This document shows positions 50,380 through 59,834 of a stretch of 64,000 nt of DNA, one piece after another. Origin of the DNA: Candidatus Nanohalobium sp. (GTDB lineage: Archaea; Nanohalarchaeota; Nanosalinia; Nanosalinales; Nanosalinaceae); contig JBDGSL010000002.1 in assembly GCA_042217555.1 (NCBI GenBank), positions 32,001 to 96,000 on the forward strand, in the 5' to 3' direction. The translations under genes were made by a program, and so were the position numbers. Under the pieces are notes generated by a model. That model worked only from the letters and a program-made list of their open reading frames with translations, made no database searches and was not told the origin of the DNA. How positions within the stretch are numbered: the first letter of the stretch is position 1; each line of letters begins with the position of its first letter.

Positions 50380-53226
50380 ATGGAGCTCAACAAAGTATCC
50401 GAAAACATCTACGAAATACCTCAAAAAGGAGATATGAACAAGCCAGGAAGGGTTTACGCAAACGAAGAACTCCTGGAAGAAATCAAACAGGACGACACAC
50501 TACAACAAGTCAAAAACATGGCTACACTGCCCGGACTGGAAAAATACTCAATCGTCATGCCAGACGGCCACCAGGGCTACGGATTCCCCATCGGGGGAGT
50601 CGCAGCAGTAAACAAGGAAAACGGAGTTATAAGCCCGGGAGGAATCGGCTACGATATAAATTGCTTAACGGAAGATTCGGAAGTTTTACTGGATAATGGG
50701 AGGCGAAAAAGCATTTCAGAACTTAAAGACAGTTTTGATGGTGAGAAAGCAGTGGTAGCTGCGGATAAAACAGTTAAGTCAGATATAATGCTGTTTACAG
50801 AGAATGAGGATAAGAAAGTATTTGAAGTGGAGACTGAGACAGGAGAAACTATCGAGGCTACTGCTGATCATCCTTTTATGACTGAAGAAGGAATGGTTGA
50901 ACTGGAAGATCTCTCTGAAGGATCACAAATCTTCGTCCGTCCCTTTAAAGGCGTCCAAGATTCTGAACCTGAAGAGTTCACTATCTTAGATGAAGAAGAT
51001 TTCCAAGACGAAAACCACCAACTGGTGGCGGCACTAAAGGAAAGGAATCTACTTCCATTGAAATCAACTGATGAAAAACTAAATACTTTGCTCAAACTAG
51101 TCGGATTCCATACGGGCGACGGGTCTTTCAACAACCACGGTGAGACAACTTTCTATGCTGAAAAAGAAGACTTAGAAGTAATTCAGAAAGATATAAAGAG
51201 ACTAGGTTTCAAGCCTTCAAAGATTTACTTCAGAGACAGAGACCACTCGGTTAAAGACCACGAGTTTTCAAGAACAGAACATTCAGTGAAGTCAACTTCT
51301 AGAGCCTTTCAGAAGCTTATGATTAAACTCGGGGCGCCTAAAGGAAGGAAGACGCAGCAAGAGTTTACTACTCCAAACTATCTGCAAAGACTGGAGAAAT
51401 GGCAGAAAGCGCTCTACCTATCAGCCTTCTTTGGAGCAGAAATGAGTTCTCCTTCAGCGAGCCAACGGAAAAACCTTTACTGTCCGAAAATCTCTCAGAA
51501 CAAGTCGATTGAAGCACAGGATTCGGGTAGAAAGTTCATGAAGGAAGTAAAGGAGATGCTGAATGAACTTGATATCAAAACCAATAGCATGGAAGAGTTT
51601 GAGACAGAGGAAAATAGCTACGGAAAAGTCAAAAGATTCAGACTGGGCATCAAAAATGATTCTGAGAATCTGCTTAACTTCTTCCAGAAGATAGGGTATA
51701 GATATAATTTGGAGAAGAGTAAGAAGTCTATCAAAGCCGTTCAGTATCTCAAAAAGAAGCATAAAGCAATCCAGCGAAGAGAAAAGATAGCACAAGAGAG
51801 TATAGAACTCTATGAGTCCGGAGAACAACCCAAGAAAATCAAGCAAAAATTCGATATCAATGAAAGGTTCATAGAAAGAAGCATCTACAGCGGGCGAAAA
51901 ACTGTTTCTAGGCCTCCAAAAAGTTTCCCGGATTATGACGAATACGTCAAACAGATAGGAGTTCACGACAATCTAGCTGTCAAGACATCAATCAAAAGCA
52001 TCGAAGAAAAAGGAAGGGAAACTGTCTACGACATAGGAGTAAAACACGAAGCACACAACTTCATAGCAAACCAATTTATTGTATCTAACTGCGGCGTACG
52101 TGTCCTAAAAACAGATTTAAGCTATGAAGAGATAAGAGGAAAGGAGCAACAGCTCGCAAATATACTATTCAATAAGGTACCGTGTGGTCTTGGGAAAGGA
52201 GGGTATATCGACCTTGAAGAAGAGGAACTGGACGAGATACTGGATAAGGGCATGGAATGGATGCTGGAGAACGGCCATGCAACGGAAGAAGACCTGAAGC
52301 ACTGCGAGGAGAACGGAAGACTGGAATGTGACGCTTCCAAGGTTCCTGAAGACGCCAAAAAGAGAGGGATTAAACAGGTAGGCTCTCTAGGTTCAGGAAA
52401 TCACTTCCTGGAAGTGCAGAGAGTGGAAAACGTGTTTAACGAGGAGAAAGCAGAGGCCTATGGCCTGGAAGAAGGCCAGATCCTAGTCATGATCCACTCT
52501 GGCTCCCGTGGACTCGGACATCAGACATGTACAGAGTACCTGAGAAAGTTCGAGAAAAACTACCCGGAGATAGTAGAGTCTCTTCCGGAAAAAGAACTTA
52601 TCTACGCACCGCTCGGCGACGAACTCGCACAGGACTACAAGAACGCGATGTTCGCAGCAGCAAACTATGCCTGGGCCAATCGACAGGGCATAACTGAAGC
52701 GGTCAGAGAAAGCCTGGACACACTGTTCGGCGATACTGAAACAGAGCTGGTCTACGACGTCTGCCATAACATCGCCAAGGAAGAAAAGCATGAAGTCGAC
52801 GGAGAAGAGAAAGAATTGCTGGTTCATCGAAAAGGAGCGACCAGAGCCATGCCTTCGGGACGACCAGAAGTACCGGAAGCATACAGCGAGGCAGGGCAAC
52901 CAGTACTACTTCCTGGAAGCATGGGAACCAGCAGCTACATACTCTCAGGCGGACAAAACTCACTGGAACTATCCTTCGGCTCAACTGCTCACGGCGCAGG
53001 ACGGCTCAAATCAAGGACACAGTCCAAAAAAGACTACAGGGCAGCCGACGTACAGAGAGAACTCAAAAGAGACCAGATCTTCGTCAAAGCAGCCTCGGGA
53101 GAAACCATAGAAGAAGAAGCGCCCGGCAGCTACAAAGACGTCGACGAAGTAATCAAAGTCTCAGACGAACTTGGAATTGGGGAGAAAGTAGTCCAGATGA
53201 AGCCGATAGTGAATGTTAAGGGCTGA
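50380..53226 (+). CDS. rtcB: RNA ligase RtcB containing an intein
   Basis: MPDGHQGYGFPIGG, GYDIN^CGVR, GSGNHF, HSGSRG, HRKGAT, HGAGR. Confidence 0.96.
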   Translation: MELNKVSENIYEIPQKGDMNKPGRVYANEELLEEIKQDDTLQQVKNMATLPGLEKYSIVMPDGHQGYGFPIGGVAAVNKENGVISPGGIGYDINCLTEDSEVLLDNGRRKSISELKDSFDGEKAVVAADKTVKSDIMLFTENEDKKVFEVETETGETIEATADHPFMTEEGMVELEDLSEGSQIFVRPFKGVQDSEPEEFTILDEEDFQDENHQLVAALKERNLLPLKSTDEKLNTLLKLVGFHTGDGSFNNHGETTFYAEKEDLEVIQKDIKRLGFKPSKIYFRDRDHSVKDHEFSRTEHSVKSTSRAFQKLMIKLGAPKGRKTQQEFTTPNYLQRLEKWQKALYLSAFFGAEMSSPSASQRKNLYCPKISQNKSIEAQDSGRKFMKEVKEMLNELDIKTNSMEEFETEENSYGKVKRFRLGIKNDSENLLNFFQKIGYRYNLEKSKKSIKAVQYLKKKHKAIQRREKIAQESIELYESGEQPKKIKQKFDINERFIERSIYSGRKTVSRPPKSFPDYDEYVKQIGVHDNLAVKTSIKSIEEKGRETVYDIGVKHEAHNFIANQFIVSNCGVRVLKTDLSYEEIRGKEQQLANILFNKVPCGLGKGGYIDLEEEELDEILDKGMEWMLENGHATEEDLKHCEENGRLECDASKVPEDAKKRGIKQVGSLGSGNHFLEVQRVENVFNEEKAEAYGLEEGQILVMIHSGSRGLGHQTCTEYLRKFEKNYPEIVESLPEKELIYAPLGDELAQDYKNAMFAAANYAWANRQGITEAVRESLDTLFGDTETELVYDVCHNIAKEEKHEVDGEEKELLVHRKGATRAMPSGRPEVPEAYSEAGQPVLLPGSMGTSSYILSGGQNSLELSFGSTAHGAGRLKSRTQSKKDYRAADVQRELKRDQIFVKAASGETIEEEAPGSYKDVDEVIKVSDELGIGEKVVQMKPIVNVKG
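50662..52089 (+). mobile_element. Intein with LAGLIDADG homing endonuclease, 476 aa
   Basis: CLTEDS start, ATADHPF block B, LVGFHTGDG and YLSAFFGAE, VYDIGV...HNFIANQFIVSN/C end. Confidence 0.95.
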
Positions 53227-53706
53227 AGGCAAAGTAATAAACATCTGGAAGTTTTTTACTCTTGGAAGATTAATTCTACTGTATGTCCAACATTGACAAT
53301 CCTCTCCAGAATCTGAAGAAATTGAGGAGTGAAATTACTTTTTCCTCAGAAGAAATTAATCGTATGATTGAAAATTCAAAGAAGGATTGGGGCAGGTAAA
53401 TCAGTGTTAGAATTTATGATTTGGGGTAGATAACAGCTGTACAGAATATACTTCATTAATACGCCTTTCAAGGAGAGTAGGACAAATAGCAATTTGTTTC
53501 AGCAGTTTCCGATGGCTTTATGAGGAAACTGAGCTTGTAGAAAATGAATTGGGTCTCTGAAACTATTATGATCTTCAGATTCTCTATCAGTAATTTCACA
53601 TTACTATAATGAGATTAACGGAAATTGGTCGAAAATCGTATACAATCAATCTATAACTCAATCTAAACTTGAGAGACTGAATATCATGAGGGGTGAGGAT
53701 TGGACG

Positions 53707-53733
53707 GTTAGTGGTTGTAAGTTGACAGGGTAG
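53707..53733 (+). repeat. Copy A of the pilin-LamG gene 3' end (VSGCKLTG*)
   Basis: GTTAGTGGTTGTAAGTTGACAGGGTAG; near-identical to 54830-54856 and 56778-56804. Confidence 0.9.
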
Positions 53734-53777
53734 TGGGAAAGGTTAGTTTTTAGAAAATTGAATTATAACAAGGTAAC

Positions 53778-53972
53778 ATGGCTACTGATACTTTGAGTGA
53801 TAGAATCTCGAATATTGAGATGGAGTTGGAGGCTGTGAAGCGGAAGATTTCTGGCAATAGGAAACGCTTCTTGGAATCTGCTGGTTCTTGGAGTGATTTT
53901 GATGCGGAAGAGTTCAAAGAAAGAGTTAGGAAGGAAAGAAACAGGTCTGTAAGCGACAAGGTTGAGCTTTAA
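53778..53972 (+). CDS. VapB-type antitoxin
   Basis: FLESAGSWSD motif; directly upstream of a PIN gene. Confidence 0.75.
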   Translation: MATDTLSDRISNIEMELEAVKRKISGNRKRFLESAGSWSDFDAEEFKERVRKERNRSVSDKVEL

Positions 53973-54359
53973 ATGGGTTATTTGATTGATACTGATTGGG
54001 CTGTAGATTACCTGAAAGGAGTCGATGAAAAAGTAAAGTTCCTTCAGAGTCATGAAGAACTTTACATCTCCACATTAACAGTTGGAGAGCTTGTCGAAGG
54101 GATCGAAGACTCTAGCAGTAGAGAACAGAGAATGAATAGTCTGGAAGACTTTCTATCAGGAATAACGGTTTTAGCATTTACAAAACAGATTGGAGTAGAG
54201 TTCGGAAAGATTAGAAACAAACTACGGAAAGAAGGCGAAATGATTGGTGATATAGACACCATGATAGGGGCGACAGGAAAGACACATGACCTTGAAATAC
54301 TGACCGACAACAAACAACACTTCCAGAAAATAAACGGAATCCAAATACACGAAGAATGA
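53973..54359 (+). CDS. vapC: PIN-domain toxin (VapC family)
   Basis: YLIDTD, TVGEL, IGDIDTMIGAT, LTDNKQHF. Confidence 0.92.
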   Translation: MGYLIDTDWAVDYLKGVDEKVKFLQSHEELYISTLTVGELVEGIEDSSSREQRMNSLEDFLSGITVLAFTKQIGVEFGKIRNKLRKEGEMIGDIDTMIGATGKTHDLEILTDNKQHFQKINGIQIHEE

Positions 54360-54673
54360 CATATTTTGAATACCACGAAGAAGACGACATAGCAGTATTT
54401 GAGTGTGGCGACTACGATAATTATGAGAGAAGTATTGATATCGCTAACTTCGTGGTAGATTTATCTCAAAGTGAAGAATTTCTTGGTCTAGAGGTAATTG
54501 GGGCGAGTGAAAGACTACCTCTCACGAAGAAACAGTTATCTCAGATCGAAGAAGTAAAGATAAACGTTCAGAAAGATGAAGGAAGCAAAATGATAACCAT
54601 AGTAATGAAGCAAGGTAAGGAGAAAACTTCCCTAAATCTGCCTGTTACGGGTTTGATGAGCCAACCTGCTTAG
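54356..54673 (+). CDS. DUF2283-like protein
   Basis: YHEEDDI...VVDLSQSEEFLGLEVIGAS. Confidence 0.75.
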   Translation: MTYFEYHEEDDIAVFECGDYDNYERSIDIANFVVDLSQSEEFLGLEVIGASERLPLTKKQLSQIEEVKINVQKDEGSKMITIVMKQGKEKTSLNLPVTGLMSQPA

Positions 54674-54829
54674 AACTTTTCAGTTTAGGTATTCTACCTG
54701 AGTGCAGTGACTGTATCCGAAGAATTAATTTCGATAGAACTTCAGACTAAGTTCGAATGCCTCAGCCTCAGCCTATTTTTCTCCAAAGACGTTCAAGGCC
54801 TCTAAGAAGTTCGAAGTGAGGATTGGGCG

Positions 54830-54856
54830 GTTAGTGGTTGTAAGTTGACAGGATAG
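54830..54856 (+). repeat. Copy B of the pilin-LamG gene 3' end
   Basis: GTTAGTGGTTGTAAGTTGACAGGATAG. Confidence 0.9.
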
Positions 54857-54894
54857 AGAAAGATTTTTTGTAGTTGCTGCCGTCAAATTGAGGT

Positions 54895-54990
54895 ATGAGT
54901 GATGAGTTTTTCAGTAAAATTGTTTTGGATGAAGATGTTCGGATTCAGATAGGATATAAGCTGGAAGGTTCCGAGATATTGAAGAAGTAG
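54895..54990 (+). pseudogene. Truncated copy of the DUF5615-like gene
   Basis: MSDEFFSKIVLDEDV versus MASDEFFDSLILDENV at 56841. Confidence 0.7.
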
Positions 54991-55017
54991 AGACAGAGAT
55001 AGTCTGATTATTACAAG

Positions 55018-55281
55018 CTAGCTACTTCTCTCCTCAGCTTCTTCCAGCATTTTTCTTCCGTAGTCTGTTATTTGGTAGAATCTCCATTTTCTGTCTTCCG
55101 GATTCACTACGTTAACCATTTCTCGCTCTTTCAGTTCACCGAGCTTCGTGCTTACATTCGACTTGTCGATTTCTGTTTCTTCTGCTATCTGGACTGGGGC
55201 CATAGGTTCATCCAGCAATGCGTTCAAAATTTTTCTTCGGAGAGGGCTCCGCAACAAAAAACTCAAATCTTCCCAATCCAT
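55018..55281 (-). CDS. Winged-helix (ArsR-like) regulator
   Basis: LRSPLRRKIL...KSNVSTKLGEL...YQITDYG. Confidence 0.85.
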   Translation of the reverse strand: MDWEDLSFLLRSPLRRKILNALLDEPMAPVQIAEETEIDKSNVSTKLGELKEREMVNVVNPEDRKWRFYQITDYGRKMLEEAEERSS

Positions 55282-55430
55282 CAGTCAAGAATTAGACATC
55301 TACCCAACACATGCATTGCAGTAAGCTCAAAGGTAAGTTATACATACGCTTTAAAAATAAGGCTGGTTTTACAACAAACTGTGAACGCCAAAATCCGCCA
55401 ACAATTTAAGCCAAAAAAAAAGAACAAGTT

Positions 55431-56804
55431 ATGGTGTCTTGGAAGGGACAGTCGGCAATCGAGTATCTGACTACCTACGGCTGGATGTTGCTGGTTATCG
55501 CTATTGTCGGAGGCAGTATTTTTACGACTGTTATGGGTTCTACCGGCATCCAAAGTGTCTCCGGTTTAACTAATGCTGATGTTCGGGTCTCAGACTTTGG
55601 GCTGAATCAAAATGGGTTACAACTGAGCTTGAGGAGTGCTGCAGTAGAACAAGTAGAAATACAGAAAGTAACAATAACCGACCCAAGAACAGGAATATCA
55701 GCTGACATACAAGTCTCCAAAACAGTTCCAATAGGTGAAACAACAACCGTTAATTTACAAGATGTTCAAACCACAGATACTTCCGACACTTATGACTTGG
55801 ATATAACCTACAACACTGGCAGTTTGAATGGGTTAGTAGCAGAAGGTAAAATAACAGGAAACTTCGGAGTATTCAACCGGATTTCACTGGAAAACGCCAA
55901 ATTCAACCGTTCCACCAACACACTACAGATAGATGTGAAGAATACGGGTGACAACACAACAAACTCAATTTCTTACACTGTTGAAGCCAACAATACTGAC
56001 TACACAGGCAGTTTACCCAACCTAGACGCAGGAGAAACCAGTCAGATAAACATTACAACAGACAGAACATACCCGCTACAATCAGTCTCTCTAAATACAG
56101 AAGGAACACAGTTCGTCGACTCCAGTTCAGGGCTCAAATGCACACCAACAAAAGGACTAGTCGGATACTGGACATTCAACCAAGAACAAACCCAGAATGG
56201 TTGGTTAGAGGACTTGTCAGATTTAGGTGTTAACGGAAGTTTAAATGGAAATCCTGAATTAGTCGAAGGAGAAGTTGGAGAGGCATATAATTTTGATGGA
56301 AGTGATGATTTCTTGGATAATTTTAACTCTGTAGAGGCTCATAAGTGGGGAGGAGAGGATGAATGGGCAATATATACTAAAGCAGAATTTGAATCAACTG
56401 GTTCTAATGAAAGATTAATTGACTTCGGAGGCTACCAAATAGAAATATGGATTAGAAATGGAGATATTAAAGGAGGTTATTATAATGATGCCGGTAATTG
56501 GAAATGGACAACCACTTCCAGTTCAAAGAAAGGACTTATAGATTTAGTTTATTGGAGAAAGGGAGACACTCAAAGACTGTATATTGATGGAGAGAAAGTA
56601 GCAGAAAGTAGTTATACCTCGACTCCGAACACTTCCCGAGACGGAGGGCTAAAGCGTATAGGTATGCAGAATAATGATTATTGGACTGGGAAAGTAGACG
56701 AAATCAGGGTTTACAACAATTCCATTAGTGAAAGTGCCATCAAAAACTTAGACTCTATAAAAAGCGAGAAAGTAGCAGTTAGTGGTTGCAAGTTGACAGG
56801 GTAG
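55431..56804 (+). CDS. Type IV pilin fused to CARDB-like and LamG domains
   Basis: KG/QSAIEYLTTYGW; VKNTG; GLVGYWTF...GKVDEIRVYN. Confidence 0.88.
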   Translation: MVSWKGQSAIEYLTTYGWMLLVIAIVGGSIFTTVMGSTGIQSVSGLTNADVRVSDFGLNQNGLQLSLRSAAVEQVEIQKVTITDPRTGISADIQVSKTVPIGETTTVNLQDVQTTDTSDTYDLDITYNTGSLNGLVAEGKITGNFGVFNRISLENAKFNRSTNTLQIDVKNTGDNTTNSISYTVEANNTDYTGSLPNLDAGETSQINITTDRTYPLQSVSLNTEGTQFVDSSSGLKCTPTKGLVGYWTFNQEQTQNGWLEDLSDLGVNGSLNGNPELVEGEVGEAYNFDGSDDFLDNFNSVEAHKWGGEDEWAIYTKAEFESTGSNERLIDFGGYQIEIWIRNGDIKGGYYNDAGNWKWTTTSSSKKGLIDLVYWRKGDTQRLYIDGEKVAESSYTSTPNTSRDGGLKRIGMQNNDYWTGKVDEIRVYNNSISESAIKNLDSIKSEKVAVSGCKLTG

Positions 56805-56840
56805 GAAGGATTTTTGTAGTTGCTGTTCTCAAGTTTTAGC

Positions 56841-57200
56841 ATGGCGAGTGATGAGTTTTTCGATAGTTTGATTTTGGATGAGAATGTTGATTATTTGGTT
56901 GAGAAGAAGCTGGAGAACAACGGTTTTGAGTGTATCCGCTTCTTAGAAGGTGCTGAGGACAGGGATTTGATGGATTTCTGTATCGAGAAGGAGTTGCCTT
57001 TACTGACTGAGGATGATGATTTCAAGACAGATATTATTACGATAGAACATTCAGGTATCTTGTTTGACCGTTACCTGTCGAGAAGAGATACTGACATGGT
57101 TGTTGATACTTTGGAAGAAGTTCTCTCAACTTATAACAAGGAAACTTTAAGCAACGAAATATGGCATTTATCCGACTTTTATGGCAGAGATAGTTTTTAA
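56841..57200 (+). CDS. DUF5615/PIN-like protein
   Basis: ILDENV, GAEDRDL, LLTEDDDF, HSGI. Confidence 0.82.
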   Translation: MASDEFFDSLILDENVDYLVEKKLENNGFECIRFLEGAEDRDLMDFCIEKELPLLTEDDDFKTDIITIEHSGILFDRYLSRRDTDMVVDTLEEVLSTYNKETLSNEIWHLSDFYGRDSF

Positions 57201-57412
57201 GCGGTGACGCCTGTTTCGTTTTCTTCCTGTTTCTGTCTGTATCGGATTGCTTCTTCTACATCTTCTGTGTCGATTGAAGGGTATCTACTGGCAATTTCTT
57301 CCGGTTCAACTCCATCCTTGTAGAGTCCGTAGAGTGTTCTGACAGGTATCCGTGTGCCTTCGACTCGTGGTTTGCCGTGAAGCGTATCCTCTGTTTTGAC
57401 AATCTTTGACAT
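57197..57412 (-). CDS. DUF433 protein
   Basis: HGKPRVEGTRIPV...EEIASRYPSI..EDVEEAIRY. Confidence 0.9.
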   Translation of the reverse strand: MSKIVKTEDTLHGKPRVEGTRIPVRTLYGLYKDGVEPEEIASRYPSIDTEDVEEAIRYRQKQEENETGVTA

Positions 57413-57706
57413 GAACAAGTGAGATTCCTGAATTGTTTTATCAGTTATGGTTGTTGGAAGGGTGTTAGTTCGAAGTCTCTGTATGAGAGGATTCTCCTGA
57501 AGACTATTTCAACCCATTTATAAAGTTTTCTTCCCTTTTCCAGTAATACCCGACACGAGTTTTCTCGGTTGGGACAAGCCGGCTCTTGTGGAGTGGGCCT
57601 CTGGTGATTGAATTCAGCGGCTAGACAAAGTTACGTCGTTGAATTATACTTAAACTGGCTATGCCTCTGACTTCAGTTGGAGGCCTATAGGAGTTGAATC
57701 AACACA

Positions 57707-58678
57707 ATGGCAGACAAGAATAGATCAAGAAGCGGTTCACTGGCGTACAAGCCCAAGACACGGGCTGAAAGAATCTACCCAGACGTAAGTACGTGGGAAG
57801 ACACAGACAAACAAAAACCATTAGGATACGCAGGATACAAGGTCGGAATGACCCGGGTACTGCGAATAGATGATACAGAAGGAGCAACACAGGGACAGGA
57901 AATCGCAACACCTGTAACAATTCTCGAAGCTCCGCCACTGAGAGTTTACGGAGCACGTTTCTACGTTGAAGATATCAACTCTGGAAAACAGGTCTTCACA
58001 GAGGCCTGGACAGAAAGCCCTTCGAAGGAACTCCAGAGAGCAACAGACATCCCGAAAGAAGGAAACATGGACAACCTGGAGAAAGCAAAGGAAAACTCAG
58101 GGAATATTACGGATGTCAAGCTGTTGGTTCACACTCAGCCTTCTCGTGCAGGAATCAGTAAGAAGAAACCTGCCAACTTTGAACTCGGCCTAGGTGGCTC
58201 AGTTGAAGATCAGCTTGAGTACGCAGAAGAGATGATCGGAAAAGAAATCGAGTTCTCGGACGTATTCGAGGAAGGAGAGTACTCGGACGTTATCGGTGTT
58301 ACGAAAGGAAAGGGAATGGAAGGTCCTGTACAGCGTTACGGAATCAAGAAGCTGGACCACAAGACGCAGAAGAAAAGAAGAAAGGCTGGAAACGTCGGTC
58401 CATGGCATCCGGACCAGCTTTCATGGAGAATTCCTCTTCCAGGACAGCAGGGTTACAACAACAGGACAGAGGAAAACAAGAGGATCCTCGCACATGGTGA
58501 AGACCCAGAGGAAGTTCAGAGGGATGGAGGATTCAAGAACTACGGAGAAGTCAAGTCCAACTACATTTTAGTTAAGGGAAGCGTACCAGGACCGGCAGAA
58601 AGACTGGTCCGACTTAGAACAGCACTGAGAAAGGATGAAAAACCAGGAAATCCAGAGATCACGCACATCGAAAAATAA
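57707..58678 (+). CDS. rpl3: 50S ribosomal protein uL3
   Basis: RSGSLAY, GYKVGMT, TKGKG, GPWHP, KGSVPG. Confidence 0.97.
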   Translation: MADKNRSRSGSLAYKPKTRAERIYPDVSTWEDTDKQKPLGYAGYKVGMTRVLRIDDTEGATQGQEIATPVTILEAPPLRVYGARFYVEDINSGKQVFTEAWTESPSKELQRATDIPKEGNMDNLEKAKENSGNITDVKLLVHTQPSRAGISKKKPANFELGLGGSVEDQLEYAEEMIGKEIEFSDVFEEGEYSDVIGVTKGKGMEGPVQRYGIKKLDHKTQKKRRKAGNVGPWHPDQLSWRIPLPGQQGYNNRTEENKRILAHGEDPEEVQRDGGFKNYGEVKSNYILVKGSVPGPAERLVRLRTALRKDEKPGNPEITHIEK

Positions 58679-58689
58679 GGTGAATTAAA

Positions 58690-59445
58690 ATGGAGCTACC
58701 AAACCAGTTCGACGAGAGGATAAGGCCAGACATCATCAAGAGAGCCAACCTTTCAATCAAGAGCAAGAAAAGACAGGACTACGGGTCAGACCCGGAAGCA
58801 GGACTGCGACACGTAGTATACTGGAAAAAACAGCAAAACGCATACAGAGGGCAGAAAGGAAAGGGAATGTCTCGTACTCCTCGAAAGATCCGTGTCAGAA
58901 GAGGAAGTCAGATCTATGGAGACGGAGCAGAAGCACCGAACACGATCGGTGGCAGAACCGCCCATCCTCCAAAAGCAGAGAAAAACTTTGAAGAAGAGAT
59001 CAACGACAAGGAAAGAAGAAAGGCAATCAGGTCAGCAATCGCAGCAACAGCAGACCGGGAACTTGTCTCAGAGAAACATGAGTATGAAGGAGAAGTCCCG
59101 ATTATCGAGGAAGGAATCTCAGGGATTGAAAAGACACAGGAACTCAAGGAGAAGCTCGAAGACCTTGGACTTGAAGACGAACTTGACAGAGTGTCCGAGA
59201 AGAAAGTTAGAGGAGGTAAAGGAGCCAATCGTGGAAGAAAGTACGTTAGAAAGGTTGGCCCGCTTGTAGTAACAGCGGAAGACGAAGGAATCTCAGATGC
59301 GGCAAGCAACCTGGCAGGTGTAGACCACTCCCAGGTAGATCAGCTGAACGCCGAAAAACTTGCTCCAGGAGCAGAACCAGGAAGACTGGTTGTATGGAGC
59401 AAAAAAGCAGTAGAGAAACTTGAAGAAGACGGTATGTACCAATGA
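58690..59445 (+). CDS. rpl4: 50S ribosomal protein uL4
   Basis: IRPDIIKRA, GGRTAHPPK, LAPGAEPGRL. Confidence 0.97.
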   Translation: MELPNQFDERIRPDIIKRANLSIKSKKRQDYGSDPEAGLRHVVYWKKQQNAYRGQKGKGMSRTPRKIRVRRGSQIYGDGAEAPNTIGGRTAHPPKAEKNFEEEINDKERRKAIRSAIAATADRELVSEKHEYEGEVPIIEEGISGIEKTQELKEKLEDLGLEDELDRVSEKKVRGGKGANRGRKYVRKVGPLVVTAEDEGISDAASNLAGVDHSQVDQLNAEKLAPGAEPGRLVVWSKKAVEKLEEDGMYQ

Positions 59446-59501
59446 AAACGAAAACACAAGGTTTTCTAAGATTCAGCAACACGCGAGGTGTAACTGAATA
59501 A
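59442..59501 (+). other. Hairpin mini-ORF 1 (MKTKTQGFLRFSNTRGVTE)
   Basis: ATGA overlap with the rpl4 stop; TAATG overlap with the rpl23 start. Confidence 0.6.
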
Positions 59502-59770
59502 TGGAAGTTGACAGAGCATGGGAAGTTATCGAAAATCCACACATGACAGAACAGGCGATGGACATGATCGACGAAGAAAACAAACTCGTCCTCATGGTGG
59601 ATCTGGAAGCAGACAAAGGCCAGGTAGAGGACGCAGTAGAGACTCTGTTCGATGTGGATGTTGAGAAGGTCAATACTAACATCACGTCTTCCGCAAAGAA
59701 AAAAGCATACGTAAGACTAAGTCCAAGTGACAGCGCGATGGACGTCGCGACTGAGCTTGGCATGATGTGA
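59501..59770 (+). CDS. rpl23: 50S ribosomal protein uL23
   Basis: PHMTEQA, VEKVNT, KKAYVRL. Confidence 0.96.
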   Translation: MEVDRAWEVIENPHMTEQAMDMIDEENKLVLMVDLEADKGQVEDAVETLFDVDVEKVNTNITSSAKKKAYVRLSPSDSAMDVATELGMM

Positions 59771-59780
59771 GGTAGGTAAT

Positions 59781-59834
59781 ATGACTAAAATCGAAGATTT
59801 TATGGGTTACCAGAAACTCGGTGAGTTTCGATAA
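59781..59834 (+). other. Hairpin mini-ORF 2 (MTKIEDFMGYQKLGEFR)
   Basis: GAGGT upstream; TAATG overlap with rpl2; two palindromes. Confidence 0.65.

Noticed and set aside
53283..53600. 38-aa ORF (53283-53399) and adjacent AT-rich sequence
   Set aside because: Possibly a decayed TA remnant, but there is no recognisable motif to support a call.
40691..56804. Diversity-generating retroelement acting on LamG or pilin genes
   Set aside because: No reverse transcriptase in the window and no repeat pair differing only at adenines.
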